A DNA stretch of 64,000 nucleotides. Origin: Octopus vulgaris (Eukaryota). Position 1 is the stretch's first letter. Every line of letters begins with the position of its first letter. Both the position numbers and the translations under genes were made by a program. The stretch covers positions 22,258,001 to 22,322,000 of the forward strand of contig OX597821.1 in NCBI GenBank assembly GCA_951406725.2, in the 5' to 3' direction. Under the pieces are notes generated by a model. It ran no database searches. It saw nothing but the letters and a program-made list of their open reading frames with translations, and had not been told where the DNA came from. This document shows, one piece after another, positions 12,228-24,863 of this stretch.

Positions 12228-12917
12228 TTGTCTCATTTTTATTTCTCTCTTCCTTAATCTCTCTCCCTCCCGTACTTTCTTACTTTATATCGTGTGTGTA
12301 TAACTATATTTGTTTGTATATTTGTGTATATCTATCTATAAGTATATGTGTGTATTTGTGTGTATGTGTGTGTTCAAGTGACTGTGTGTTTATGTATACG
12401 TATATATCTATATGTATATATCTATATATGTAATCGTCACTCTCTGACAGAAGCCATATTCCTTCCTCTCCCGCCATTCCATCAATATTGGCTACTTCAC
12501 TGTCTATTTACACCAATAAACACTACATCAACACTAAACGAACACTACACCACTGTTACCATCACAACAACAACAACAACATTGTCGCAACAACCACTGA
12601 TACAAGCACCGCTGCCATCGCCACCACCTCCACCACCACCGACATATCATACCACCTCGCCACTACGCCGACACCTTGGCACCACTAACAACCAGCACAA
12701 CCAACACCGCCACACTAGCAACCAGCACCACCGCCAACACCAACACGCTACATCCACACACTACCACCGACACATCTCCACCACCACTACACCACACCAC
12801 CACGCCATCACCAATCCACTAATGAACCGAAAACTATAGCAGGAATATATATTTCTGCAGATCGATAATAGCTCAAAAGTGCTTCATGACATTTTTAGGA
12901 AAGATTTTTGCAGGATT

Positions 12918-13060
12918 CTTGTTGTTGTTGTTGTTTTCGTCATCATCGCCGCCATCGCCGTTGTTGTTGTTGTCGCTGCTGCTTTGTGATTATTATTATT
13001 ATTGTTATTGTTATTATTATTATTATTATTATCATTATTATTATCATTATTATTATTATT

Positions 13061-13138
<78 letters not shown>
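12918..13138. repeat. Compound (TTG)n/(TTA)n microsatellite
   Basis: Direct reading. Confidence 0.97.
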
Positions 13139-13142
13139 ACGA

Positions 13143-13360
13143 TGGCAAGCTAGCAGAATCGATTGAACGCCAGGCACATTGCTTAACAGTATTTCGTCCG
13201 GTTTTACTTTCTGGGATCAAATTCCACCGAGGTCGACATTTTTTTCATCCTCTCGGGGTCGATAAAGTAAATACCAGTTGAATACTGGTGTCCAAGAATT
13301 CGGCGTATTCCTTCCCCCGAAAGTACTGGCTTTGTACCAAAATTAACAAAAAATTATAAT
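13143..13360 (+). mobile_element. SINE B (short tail, B2), degenerate
   Basis: GGCAAGCTAGCAGAATC..CAAATTCCACCGAGGTCGAC..TTTCATCCTCTCGGGGTCGATAAA. Confidence 0.8.
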
Positions 13361-13367
13361 AATAATA

Positions 13368-13812
13368 GGCGCAGGAGTGGCTGTGTGGTAAGTAGCTTGT
13401 TTACCAACCACATGGTTCCGGGTTCAGTCCCACTGCGTAGCATCTTGGGCAAGTGTCTTCTGCTATAGCCCCGGGCCGACCAATGCCTTGTGAGTGGATT
13501 TGGTAGACGGAAACTGAAAGAAGCATGTCGTATATATGTATACATATATATATATATATATATATATGTGTATGTGTGTGTGTGTTTGTGTGTCTGTGTT
13601 TGTCCCCACAACAACGCTTGACAACCGATGCTGGTGATTTTACGTCCCCGTCACTTAGCAGTTCGGCAAAAAGAGACCGATAGAGTAAGTACTGGGCTTA
13701 CAAAAGAATAAGTCCCGGGGTCGATTTGCTCGGCTCGACTAAAGGCGGTGCTCCAGCATGGCCGCAGTCGAATGACTGAAACAAGTAAAAGAGTAAAAGA
13801 GAAAAAAGAGTA
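13368..13812 (+). mobile_element. SINE A, full length, young
   Basis: Nearly identical to 23733-24150, 34418-34828 and 43216-43624. Confidence 0.95.
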
Positions 13813-13817
13813 ATATG

Positions 13818-14035
13818 GTGGTGGTGAGCTGGCAGACTCGTTAGCAAACCGGAGAAAATCGCTCAGCGGTATTTCGCCCGTCTTTACGTTTTGAGTTCAA
13901 ATTCCGCCGAGGTCGATATTTGTCTTTCATTCGGGTCGATAAATTAAGTACCAGTTGAGTATTGGGGGTCGATATAATCGACTTGCCTTCTCCCCTCAAA
14001 TTCCAAGCCTTGTGCCTATTGTAGAAAGGATTGTT
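13818..14035 (+). mobile_element. SINE B2
   Basis: Family head, central domain and tail CCTTGTGCCTATTGTAGAAAGGATT followed by (TTG)n. Confidence 0.88.
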
Positions 14036-14314
14036 GTTGTTGCTGTTGTTTTGTTTTTACCAATCCGGATATCATTACGCGTTCGTCATGATCTTGTATT
14101 TATTACGTAGTTGATACCGCTGTTAATGTTGATACTGATAATATAGTTTTTTACTGTTAATGTTCTTATTAGTTGTTGTATTAGATATGTCATTGTTAAT
14201 AATGTCGTTAGTATTTGTTGTTGTTGTTGTTGTTGTTGTTAGTATAGCTTGTTCTTTCCTTTCTACACACAATATTTGCTGACATAACACTTCTTACGTT
14301 GCCCTGTAGAGTCT

Positions 14315-14351
<37 letters not shown>

Positions 14352-14379
14352 TGTTGTTGTTGTTGTTGTTGTTGTTGTT

Positions 14380-14660
14380 GCAAAAGACGCGATTCGAATG
14401 ACTCGGCCAAGCGCCGAAACTAGGTACCTTAACGGCATTTTAGTTAAGTCTCTTTGCAATCTGAATTCAAAATTTGCCGAGGTCAGCTTTACTTCACATC
14501 TTTCTCGGAGTTAATAAAACAAAGTACAAGTGAAGTACTGCGGTCGATATAATCGATCGAACTCTTTTCCTATGGATTCGTGGCCTTTTATTTTCATTGT
14601 TTCAGAGATCGATAAAATAACTTGCACATCATGAGTCAATATCATTGACTATGATATCGC
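14380..14660 (+). mobile_element. Degenerate SINE B fragments
   Basis: TCTGAATTCAAAATTTGCCGAGGTCAGCTTT..AAGTACAAGTGAAGTACTGCGGTCGATATAATCGA. Confidence 0.6.
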
Positions 14661-14693
14661 TCGTTCTCTATCGATTTGTGGATTATTGTTATC

Positions 14694-15068
14694 GGCCAGG
14701 GCCTCATCGACTTTTTTCCAATTCCATTTGAAATCAAAGATGAGGGTTAAGTGGGGTGTGTTGCTCCAAATTGAATTTACTGAAAGGTGGATGAATGTGG
14801 TAAGGATGGCTCGAGTGAGTGGGCCTACGCTAAACTAGCTGCTACAGATTAAGGGGTTCATTGGAGGAAGGGGCACTCGTCATGCACCTCTGGTGAGTAA
14901 AGTATCCTGAGATCTGTGAGGTTCTTTGCTGAACCTGGGTGTCATTTACCCCTACTGGAGAATTTTTGCTAAAAGCTATGGTTTGTTTTTTTTTTATAAA
15001 TCCCCACTGCCCTCCATCTTTGTATTGTCTTAAATGTTTTTGCAATCCTTGTAGCCAATACAGAAAGT
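14694..15068 (+). mobile_element. Tx1/L1-clade LINE 3' end (ORF2 C-terminus plus 3' UTR)
   Basis: GQGLIDFFQFHLKSKMRVKWGVLLQIEFTERWMNVVRMARVSGPTLN*; UTR ends CCTTGTAGCCAATACAGAAAGTA, matching the tail of SINE B1. Confidence 0.7.
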
Positions 15069-15109
15069 ACTGTTGTTTGTGTTGTTCTTGTTCTTGTTCT
15101 TGTTTATTC

Positions 15110-15430
15110 CGGCAGAATCGTTAGCATGCCGGAGAAAATACTTAGCAACATTTCGTCCGTTTTTACATTCTGAGTTGAAATTCCGCCGACGTCGACTTTA
15201 CTTATCATCCTTTCTGAGTCGATAAAACAAGTATAAGTCAAGCACTGAGGGTCGATGTAATCGACTAACCCCCGACAAAAAAAAATTTCAGGCCATGCAC
15301 CAACAATAGAAACGATTAAAAAGACATTACTTCTGGTTCTTTATATTCCGAGTTCAAATTCCGCCGAGATCGACTTTGCCTTTCAGCCTTCGTGGGTCAA
15401 TAAAGTTGAATACTGTTCTAAGCAGTGATG
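15110..15430 (+). mobile_element. SINE B2 plus an adjacent partial B copy
   Basis: GGCAGAATCGTTAGCATGCCGG..GAAATTCCGCCGACGTCGAC; a second GAGTTCAAATTCCGCCGAGATCGACTTTGCC near 15350. Confidence 0.8.
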
Positions 15431-15502
15431 TATGCAATTCTCCACTGAAGGCTGTCCGTAACACTTAGTTAAGACATTTTCAGATTTTATTTTCTTGCTA
15501 TT

Positions 15503-15567
<65 letters not shown>

Positions 15568-15737
15568 GCTCTTGTTGTTTTCAGGAACAACCCAATGTAA
15601 GTGGGGAGAGATTAAATTGTCTTGAAGATGATGTCAGCGACATATCGACATTACTTAACATGACATCAGCTGCATGTTGTGATATGGTGTACTGGGTTCT
15701 GTGATTATATATTGTATGGTGATGTATCGGTTGCGAG

Positions 15738-16048
15738 AGCGTGTGGCCGAATGGTTAGAGTGTTGCATTCACGATCGAGAGAGCATGGTTTCGATTCACA
15801 TGACCGGAACAGCTAGTTGTGTTTTTCAATAAAAAAAAAACAATTCATCACACGCTGCTCTGCAATCACGTTGACACCTGACGTATGACCCACTGCGTAC
15901 ACCTGTATAGCCAATGTCGATTAGGTGAACGGAGTGAACTCATCTACAACATAAACATTTAATCACTATAAACAAGTCACCTGTGCAGGTTATTCGGCAA
16001 GTAATTGCGAAACCCTCATCTCTCTTCTATGACAATGGAGTCCACAAT
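15738..16048 (+). mobile_element. SINE E, degenerate full length
   Basis: GCGTGTGGCCGAATGGTTAG A-box, GGTTTCGATTC B-box; homologous to 11510-11727. Confidence 0.65.
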
Positions 16049-16226
16049 TTGAAAACAGAAACCAGGTACAAGAATATCACTTAACTCTACCATTTTTCAA
16101 TATCCGAACCAATGCATGAGTATCTAAGGCTGTGTTTAATAGATATTAACATAAAAAAAAAAAACAATTTCTGCACATTTAAGCTACGTCGTTTCGGGTA
16201 TATTTGGATGGTTCACTGAAGAGATG

Positions 16227-16276
<50 letters not shown>

Positions 16277-16315
16277 GACAAGAAGAAGAAGAAGGAGAAG
16301 AAGAAGAAGAAGAAG

Positions 16316-16346
<31 letters not shown>

Positions 16347-16509
16347 TGAAGAAGAAGAAGTTGAAGAAGAAGGAGAAGAAGAAGACAAGAATTAGTTTTA
16401 TCTCAAGATATCGAGCACGGTCTTGACATTACCGCTCGTATATCCGTAACAGAATACAATCATCCAAATACACACACACACATCCAAACACACACACACA
16501 AACATATGC

Positions 16510-16561
<52 letters not shown>

Positions 16562-16624
16562 GCAGACAAGTATACATTTATGCACATGAGCATAGATCTG
16601 TGTATAAGTGTGTGTGGGTGAGTA

Positions 16625-17012
16625 TATTTCCAACCGCTAGAAATAGCTGCCAAGTTTTCAAATCATACTCCTTCGCTTGATCATATAGTTCTGGGTATCA
16701 TGTATTTGGGAGAAAGACGGGATGGTCATGGCTGGAATGCTGTTGATCATTGGTCTCTTCGATCAGAAGTTATATAGAGTTATATAACTACAACCCTGTA
16801 ACATACGAGGGAGCTCCTGCGTGCTCCCTTGATGGACTGAGAAATAGCAGCAAAATTTCATCTCAAATTTCACACCACTACCTAGAGAGGCAAAGAATAC
16901 ATTGGATACTATAGTCTTAGGTAGACAATGTCAGAGAAAAGTAATGGATGGCTACGATTGGAAGAATTGAGCTCTATCTGATCAAGGACGACAAGGGAAC
17001 TACAAAACAACA
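16625..17012 (+). repeat. Two tandem copies of a retroposon 3' module (GAAATAGCAGC...GGATGGTCATGGCTGGAATG...CAACAAC)
   Basis: The same module recurs three times at 39985-41000 and partially at 42090-42230. Confidence 0.6.
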
Positions 17013-17143
17013 CTTTTTAATAATATAACTTATAGCTTTCCTCTATCTCGTATCTGTGCCTACACTAATACTTCGATCTTTTTGATCTCCAGAGGAGTAA
17101 TTATAAAGTTTTATCTCACGCACACACACACCCACACACATAC

Positions 17144-17180
<37 letters not shown>

Positions 17181-17417
17181 TATATCATGCGATATTTTCC
17201 AACTATCTGTTACCCATATACCAACAGGAAACCACGACACTGCGTAACCTTCCTCTACTAATCGCAGACCACCTTACGGTAATAATAATCAACTTCTGTT
17301 GTTCAAATTCAAAATGGCTGACGACTATCATCACGCTTGAAACTTAAGTGTATAAACAAATTTGAATCAAACTGCTTTGATCCATATATTTGATATATAT
17401 ATATATATATATACTGT

Positions 17418-17477
<60 letters not shown>

Positions 17478-17480
17478 TTA

Positions 17481-17642
17481 GGCGCAGGCGTGGCTGTGGG
17501 GTAAGAAGCTTGCTTCTCAACCACATGGTTACGGGTTCAGTCCCACTGCGTGGCACCTTGGGCAAGTGTCTGCTACTATAGCCTTGTTCCGACCAAAGCC
17601 TGGTGAGTGGATTTGTTAGGCAGAAACTGGAAGAATCCCGTC

Positions 17643-17645
<3 letters not shown>
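17481..17645 (+). mobile_element. SINE A 5' half, next to (GATA)n
   Basis: Direct similarity to family A. Confidence 0.9.
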
Positions 17646-17712
<67 letters not shown>

Positions 17713-17834
17713 TGTGTGTGGGTGTGTGGGTGTGTGTAGGTATACATGCACAAACACACTTATATATATAAATCTGGGCATATCTGTATGTATATATGAA
17801 TATATGTCAATGTTTATAGATGTATATGTATGTT

Positions 17835-17896
<62 letters not shown>

Positions 17897-18019
17897 AACG
17901 CCTGTGCGTACGCACACGCGCCCGTTTTTAAGCCTAATGATTGCTGATGGATACACAAACACACTCTCATTCTTACACGCACATACAATACGCGCGCGCA
18001 CACACACACACACGCACAC

Positions 18020-18073
<54 letters not shown>

Positions 18074-18275
18074 GCATGCATGCAGAGAGTTTCTGGACTG
18101 GATAACCATCAAAAGCTGAGAAGGAAGTTATATATCAAAGTATGGATTCCGTTTGAGTTGGCAAAGAACCGGGTGTGGTGAAGCATGTGCGATGCACGGG
18201 TGGATTTGAATGGGAGAAGGGAACAAACATCGCTCAGTCATCGAGTGCAAAATATTTCAGTGTTTTGCCATTCAC

Positions 18276-18289
18276 GATGATGATGATGG

Positions 18290-18321
<32 letters not shown>

Positions 18322-18367
18322 GTGATGGTGATGGTGGTGCTGGTGCTGGTGCTGGTGGTGGTGGTGG

Positions 18368-18398
<31 letters not shown>

Positions 18399-18406
18399 GG
18401 TGGTGG

Positions 18407-18450
<44 letters not shown>

Positions 18451-18477
18451 GTGATGATGATGGTGGTGGTGATGATG

Positions 18478-18549
<72 letters not shown>

Positions 18550-18634
18550 GTGGTGATGATGGTGGTGATGATGATGATGATGATGATGATGATAGTGGTG
18601 GTGGTGGTGGTGGTGGTGGTGGTGATGACGATGA
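18276..18634. repeat. (GAT)n/(GGT)n microsatellite
   Basis: Direct reading. Confidence 0.97.
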
Positions 18635-18946
18635 TACGTCTTGTGGCAACCGTTGACAGTTCCAGACCCTAACGTAGGAAAGTGAGAAATTCGCGAGAAA
18701 AGATCACGGTGTGAAGACTAGTTTCGGATGTGCACCCTGCGCAAACCGAAACGAATGCTCTACGTGTAATTGTATGTATGTATGAGATCTTTGTGTGTGT
18801 GTGTATGTGTGTGTGTTTGGTTATGCGCAAATGTGGGAGAAATATGGAATTGTGGGTATAGATGTTAACATAGCAAACATCTTCTGCACGTTTAAACTTC
18901 GCCGCTTCCGGTATATTTAGATGTTTAACTGAAGAGATGATGATGC

Positions 18947-18983
<37 letters not shown>

Positions 18984-18986
18984 GAC

Positions 18987-19018
<32 letters not shown>

Positions 19019-19239
19019 GGAGGAGGAGGAGGAGGAGAAGAAGAAGAAGAAGAAGAAGAAGAAGACGAAAGTTAGCTCTTTCCTAAGATATTGAGCACGG
19101 TCGTGACATTATCGCTCGTATAATTAGTCACAGAATACACGCAACGAAACACACACAAGTATACAGATACACACACAAACATATACACATATATGCACAT
19201 ACATGTGTGTTCGTGTGTGTGTGCAATATATATATTTAT

Positions 19240-19297
<58 letters not shown>

Positions 19298-19563
19298 CTC
19301 TATAAATACGCATATTTTTATAACATGCATAAATGTATATGCATATACATGTATATAATTATATGTGTATATGTATGTGTGTGTATGTGTGTGTGCGTGT
19401 GTGTGTGTGTGTGTGTAGAGGACCGACTCAAGGTATCGGCAACATGGTCAGTTCTCCGGGGCGCCAAGGAGCGGGTGACAAAGACAAGGAAATTTCCACG
19501 ACCGTTAGCTTATAATACACAGTATAGTTTATATTAATTTATAAATAATTATTTTTGGCCTAA

Positions 19564-20797
19564 TATTAGGTTGGCTTCTAGGTTCCCGCCGTTTGTTTTT
19601 ATTTAAATTTTTTAAAAGGTTTAATAAAAAAATAACAACTAATTAATCAATAATGTATTCACCCTTGTTGTTTACAACTTCTTCCCAACATTGAACAAGA
19701 TTTTCAATACCTCGTTGGTAGAAATCACCCGATTTCGACTCGAAAATTTGATTCATCGAAGCTCTCAATTCTGCATCAGTATTGAACGAAACTACGTGCA
19801 TAGCATTTGAAAGAAATCGAAAGAGGTGGAAATCCGTTGGTGCCAAATCAGGAGAGTACGGCGGTTGTGGCAGCACTTCCCAGCCATGCATTAGAATGGC
19901 TCCCTTGGTCATATTGGTGATATGAGGGTGGGCGTTGTCGTGCAGCAGAAGAAATCCATGCTTCCGATTAGGTCTTTCCTCTTGAATAACCGTGTTGAGT
20001 CGTTCCATCTGTTTAATATAGAGTTTCGCGTTGACCGTTTGGTTCCGTTCAAGCGATTCGTAATGGATAATCCCTTCCCAGTCCCACCATACGTACAACA
20101 TCGTTATACGTGGATGAAGATCTTGTTTCACGTGCGGTATCACTTGTTTACCGGGGCTAAGCCATTCCTTACGCTGCTTCATATTGATGTACAGGCACCA
20201 TTTTTCGTCACCAATAACGATTCGAACAAGCAATCCATCGGAGATTGTGGCTCGTTGAGTTTTGTTGTTGTCACTTAAAGCATACGGAACCCATGCCCCT
20301 TACTTCTGAACCTTTCCCATCGAGTGAAGATGCTTCTCTATAGCTGTGTGGGAGCATTCTATTTTCTCAGCCAGTTCCCTTGTCGTTTGACGAGAATTTT
20401 CGCGCAAAAGTTGGTTTAATCGCTCTTCATCGAACTCAACTGGACGGCAAGAATGAGGTGCGTCTTTGAGGTGAAAATTACCATTTTTGAACTTGGCATA
20501 CCAATCACGAGCGGTTCTTTCAACTATAGCACCCTCTCCATACACAGCACAAATGTTGCGAGCAGCTTTAGCGGCCTTAGAGCCTTGATTAAAAGCAAAA
20601 AGAAGGAGGTTCGAAAATGCTCGTTTTTCTTAACTTGACATTCCATTTTAATGATCTGAAAATAAACAAAAATTAGCTAAAATTAACTAGTAAAAAAAAC
20701 AAAATAGATTCCAAAATGATTCAAAAATAGAATTCTCGAAAAAAATGGATTCCAAAATTAAAAAGAAAAACGCGCGAACTTATTTTGTAAATATAAT
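19564..20797 (-). mobile_element. Near full-length mariner (DD34D) element with a disrupted transposase
   Basis: ATG at 20646 (MECQVKKNEHFR), HTH region, WVPYAL, GDEKW, HDNA, YSPDLAPTD; 34 residues counted between the 2nd and 3rd Asp; stop at 19643. One frameshift near 20605 and an in-frame TAA at 20300. Left TIR TATTAGGTTGG...; right TIR degenerate. Confidence 0.95.
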
Positions 20798-20888
20798 TTT
20801 CTCCGCTGATGACAGCGCTTTTTCTGATGAAGGGAAGCGTTCCCAAAATATATTAGAAACATTAAACGACCTATGTAGAGCGATATGT

Positions 20889-21190
20889 GAAGGCGTAATA
20901 ATCCAGTGGTTAGGGCAGCGGACACGCGGTCAGAGGATCGCGGTTTCGATTCTCAGACCGGACATTGTGTGTGTTTATTAAGCGAAAACACCTAAAAGCT
21001 CCACGAGGCTCCGGCAGGGGTAGGGGGTGACCCTTGTATTACTCTTTCGCCATAACTTTCTCTCACTCTCTATTCCTGTTTCTTGAATAACGCTGCGATG
21101 GACTGGCGTCCCGTCCAGCTGTGGGGAACACATACGCCACAGAAACCGGGAAACCGGGCGCATGAGCCTGGCTAGGCTTGAAAAGGGCGA
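20889..21190 (+). mobile_element. SINE C, tail type 2 (V-domain-like)
   Basis: Family C head/body followed by CTGCGATGGACTGGCGTCCCGTCCAG. Confidence 0.88.
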
Positions 21191-21389
21191 CGAAGTAGAA
21201 CGATATAGTATCTTGTCGTTGTCTTTATTTATCGGTATCACCTTACTTAGCCTAACTTCTCTTTCACCTGCATTGCTTCAAAGCCTTCCTAAAAATATAT
21301 TTATATCATCTACTCATTGAAATTGCAGCACTCCTCTTATTTTTGCCTCTTATAAACTTGGTCTCGGTCGTCGTGATCTAGCATAAAAA

Positions 21390-21566
21390 ATAGATTTCCT
21401 ACCAAGCCGTCATCATTCCAAAATATCTGATATCACGTTTTTTCCCCATTGCAAAAACATCATGACGGAATCGTTCTCCTTGCTCATCGCGTAGGGATTT
21501 TCTAGAAAGGCATCTAGAAAAGAATGCAGAATGTATAATTTCACGCATGATATCCAATAGCTTATG

Positions 21567-21627
<61 letters not shown>

Positions 21628-21628
21628 C

Positions 21629-21681
<53 letters not shown>

Positions 21682-21900
21682 TAAAAGTATCAGGAGCTTT
21701 TTAGGTTTACCACTACATGCAGGGGACTTATTATCCCCCAGGAAGTTTTCGCATAATTACTTAAAAGCCCGCCAGGCTTTGAATTCCAGCACATTGAGGG
21801 TTTCTTTATATTCAGTAACTTTTAAAAGCCCCTTGATTTGCAGCCCTATAAAATCCTTCTTTGCCACACTCAGAATCGAGAATGGACTTCATCTGTTGTT
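21390..21900 (-). mobile_element. Degenerate DNA-transposon transposase C-terminus (probably Chapaev3/CMC-type), split by a microsatellite
   Basis: LSVAKKDFIGLQIKGLLKVTEYKETLNVLEFKAWRAFK*LCENFLGDNKSP [(TA)n(CA)n at 21569-21683] VKLYILHSFLDAFLENP..DEQGERFRHDV. Superfamily name is from memory of the K.H.LHSHLD.F..N....SDE.GERFHQD motif. Confidence 0.72.
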
Positions 21901-22011
21901 TGCCAAAAGGTTTCATTAAACCAAGTTTATTATGGAAGGGTGGTAGAAATAGTGTCTTCGAATCAACTGAGGGGACGAATTATTGAACACAGCAAGGAGC
22001 AATGCCTGTTA

Positions 22012-22221
22012 GGAAGTGGGCTGAGTGAGTCGGCAGAAACCATAGTGGGTATAGTCATAAAAACTATCAAGATTTATTTGAAACAATATCATGTGATGTC
22101 AGCTAAGATCTTGATTTAGGATTTCCTTTACCAAATATCACGATAATGCTTCAAATAAATCTTGATAGTTTTTATGACTAATACCCACTATGATTTTTCT
22201 CGACTCCCTCAGCCCACTTCC
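22012..22221. repeat. Inverted repeat, ~85-bp arms, ~40-nt loop
   Basis: GGAAGTGGGCTGAG..CATAGTGGGTA.AGTCATAAAAACTATCAAGATTTATTTGAA pairs with TTCAAATAAATCTTGATAGTTTTTATGACT..TACCCACTATG..CTCAGCCCACTTCC. Confidence 0.92.
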
Positions 22222-22466
22222 GATCGTACTGTATTACCTCTGGATATCCTTGTTGCGTATTTTGATTTTAATCTCCTTATTTTGAAATTGTATGGATAAT
22301 ACCATACTAAATTCTGGTGCTTCAACCTAAGTACCATATTCATCTGAATTGCGAGGATGATCCGGTTCTTGACTGAAGATTGAAGGCTTCGAATGTCCCG
22401 TCCGTATTTTTAGTATCGTCTCCTAAATGTTTTACGTTCTTGTCCCAGTTTGTATTTTTTTACATT

Positions 22467-22530
<64 letters not shown>

Positions 22531-22830
22531 CACAACCCCACCATTTACTGACTTATATATATATATATATATATATAAATGTATGCGTATACATGTATAT
22601 GCATACGTGTGTCTGAGAATATATATATATATATATATATATGTTGACTGATGATAGAGTATGGACGGATTTTTGAAGTCCAATGAAACCCTACATACCT
22701 ATTTGATTATGAAGATTTACAAACATACTTTCTCAGTGAAACTCAATAGACCCACCATTATAGATTATACCAAATGTACATTTTCGGATTTTTCATAATA
22801 TGATGGAAGTCTTTGGTATAGCAATTGCAT

Positions 22831-22917
22831 GCGACTGAAGAGAGCTTTATCTGTTATGTCGATTATACATTGATGTAAGAATAGGTTGTTGTATAAAGCT
22901 TGAAACACGTGTACCGC
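22831..22917 (+). ncRNA. Type-I hammerhead ribozyme candidate (intact core)
   Basis: GCGA-CTGAAGA-GAGCTTTAT...ATAAAGCTT-GAAA-CACGTG-TA-CCGC. 9-bp helix II, palindromic helix III, GUA triplet, helix I 3/4 paired. Confidence 0.75.
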
Positions 22918-23036
22918 GACATCCTTTGTGTTCTGATTTTTATTTCATTTGATGCATATACCCTCTCATCTCTGCTACTAGCTGGCATTTACAGGTGCTT
23001 ACTCTTATCAAGTATTCATCCTGAATTTATTATATC

Positions 23037-23095
<59 letters not shown>

Positions 23096-23096
<1 letters not shown>

Positions 23097-23303
23097 ACCT
23101 CGTGAGTACCGCTGGCGATTTTTTTTCCTCTGTCTTCCCTTCTCGGGATCTTTCCTTCTCCTATGTTTCCGACGAAGAGCTCCGCTCGAAACGTTAAACC
23201 CCCCTTCTTTCCTTCTTTCCTGAGCGTCCAATAATACTATATTTGTTCTACGTCCTCGCGTTGTTGTGTTTTTTTTGTTTTTTTTGTGTTTTCTTGTTTG
23301 GAT

Positions 23304-23310
<7 letters not shown>
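23096..23310 (+). mobile_element. Short TA-flanked Penelope-type element with a minimal hammerhead (23165-23199)
   Basis: GTTT-CCGACGA-A-GAGC-tcc-GCTC-GAAA-CG-TT-AAAC; (TA)n on both sides; paralogue at 5738-5932. Confidence 0.7.
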
Positions 23311-23356
<46 letters not shown>

Positions 23357-23732
23357 TTGTATGTATATATACAGGAATATATACGTATGAGTGGTGGGGT
23401 TGTATTTCTAAAAAGTAATGTAAACTGTTGATCCTATAGCAGTAACTCAGAGAGCCACGTCTTAATTAGCTGATAATTATAAGATAACAATCAGACGTGT
23501 CTCTTCAGACATGGTTAGTAAATGTGTACTGCTATAAAGTTTATATATATATCGCGCGCGCGCGTCTGCGTGTGTGTGTGGGGGGTTTGTATGCATATGT
23601 ATGCGTTTGTAAATATACACATACGTACATAAATACACAGGTGTATGTGTGAATGTATATATATATATATATATATATAAGTAAGTAAGTAAGTAAAAGC
23701 CTTCGGCATTCATTAATTTGGAATAATTAATA

Positions 23733-24150
23733 GGCGCAGGAGTGGCTGTGTGGTATGTAGCTTGCTAACCAACCACATGGTTCCGGGTTCAGTCCCACTG
23801 CGTGGCATCTTGGGCAAGTGTCTTCTGCTATAGCCCCGGGCCGACCAATGCCTTGTGAGTGGATTTGGTAGACGGAAACTGAAAGAAGCCTGTCGTATAT
23901 ATGTGTATATATATATATGTGTGTGTATGTGTTTGTGTGTCTGTGTTTGTCCCCCTAGCATTGCTTGACAACCGATGCTGGTGTGTTTACGTCCCCGTCA
24001 CTTAGCGGTTCGGCAAAAGAGACCGATGGAAAAAATACTGGGCTTACAAAGAATAAGTCCCGGGGTCGAGTTGCTCGATTAAAGTTGGTGCTCCAGCATG
24101 GCCGCAGTCAAATGACTGAAACAAGTAAAAGAGTAAAGAGTAAAAAGAGT
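23733..24150 (+). mobile_element. SINE A, full length
   Basis: Family consensus match end to end. Confidence 0.95.
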
Positions 24151-24776
24151 ATATATATATATATAGTATTGTGTCTGGGGAGAGTCATTCTCTCTTAGTG
24201 CCTTATTATTTAACACACTCACCGGTTTGATTTCCACTCATTTACTTATTTATCTTTCATAAAATTTTCGTTGCGTCTTGCAACCTTTTCAATAGTTAAT
24301 ATAAACAAACATATATGCGTATACATGCATTCTACATGTGCGTATATACACAAGCGCGCACACATGAACACTTGCAAACAAAAGTTAAGTGATGCGGAGT
24401 GATAACGAAACATGAAGGGCGTTACCGACACCACAAGAGCAAGTATCTGCGATCGATTCTATATCATCGATGTTTTTCACACTGTACCAAAGTCTTCGAT
24501 TTTTACGGAGATGTGCAGGTTGCATATCTCTTTTCTGGCACACTGTCAACAATGGAATCCAGTTCCACTGATTTCTACAGTGTTCTGTCTTTCTTCTCTC
24601 TCTCTCTATCATTCTCTCTCTTTCTTTCTCTCTCTCTCTCTATCTATCCTTCTCTCTCTCTCTTTTTCTCTCTCATATTCACTCCACCTGCATCCCACCC
24701 GCTCTCGGCTACAGACTCTTCACGTCAGTTTTACAAAAGTACTCTATGTGGATGATGGACCTAAGTTGTGGTTGAC

Positions 24777-24863
<87 letters not shown>

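Noticed and set aside
22645-22700. CTGATGA...GAAA hammerhead-like motif (similar partial ones at 22373, 26665-26775, 50819 and 53310-53410)
   Set aside because: Helix I/III or core nucleotides are missing; probably decayed relics, not counted.
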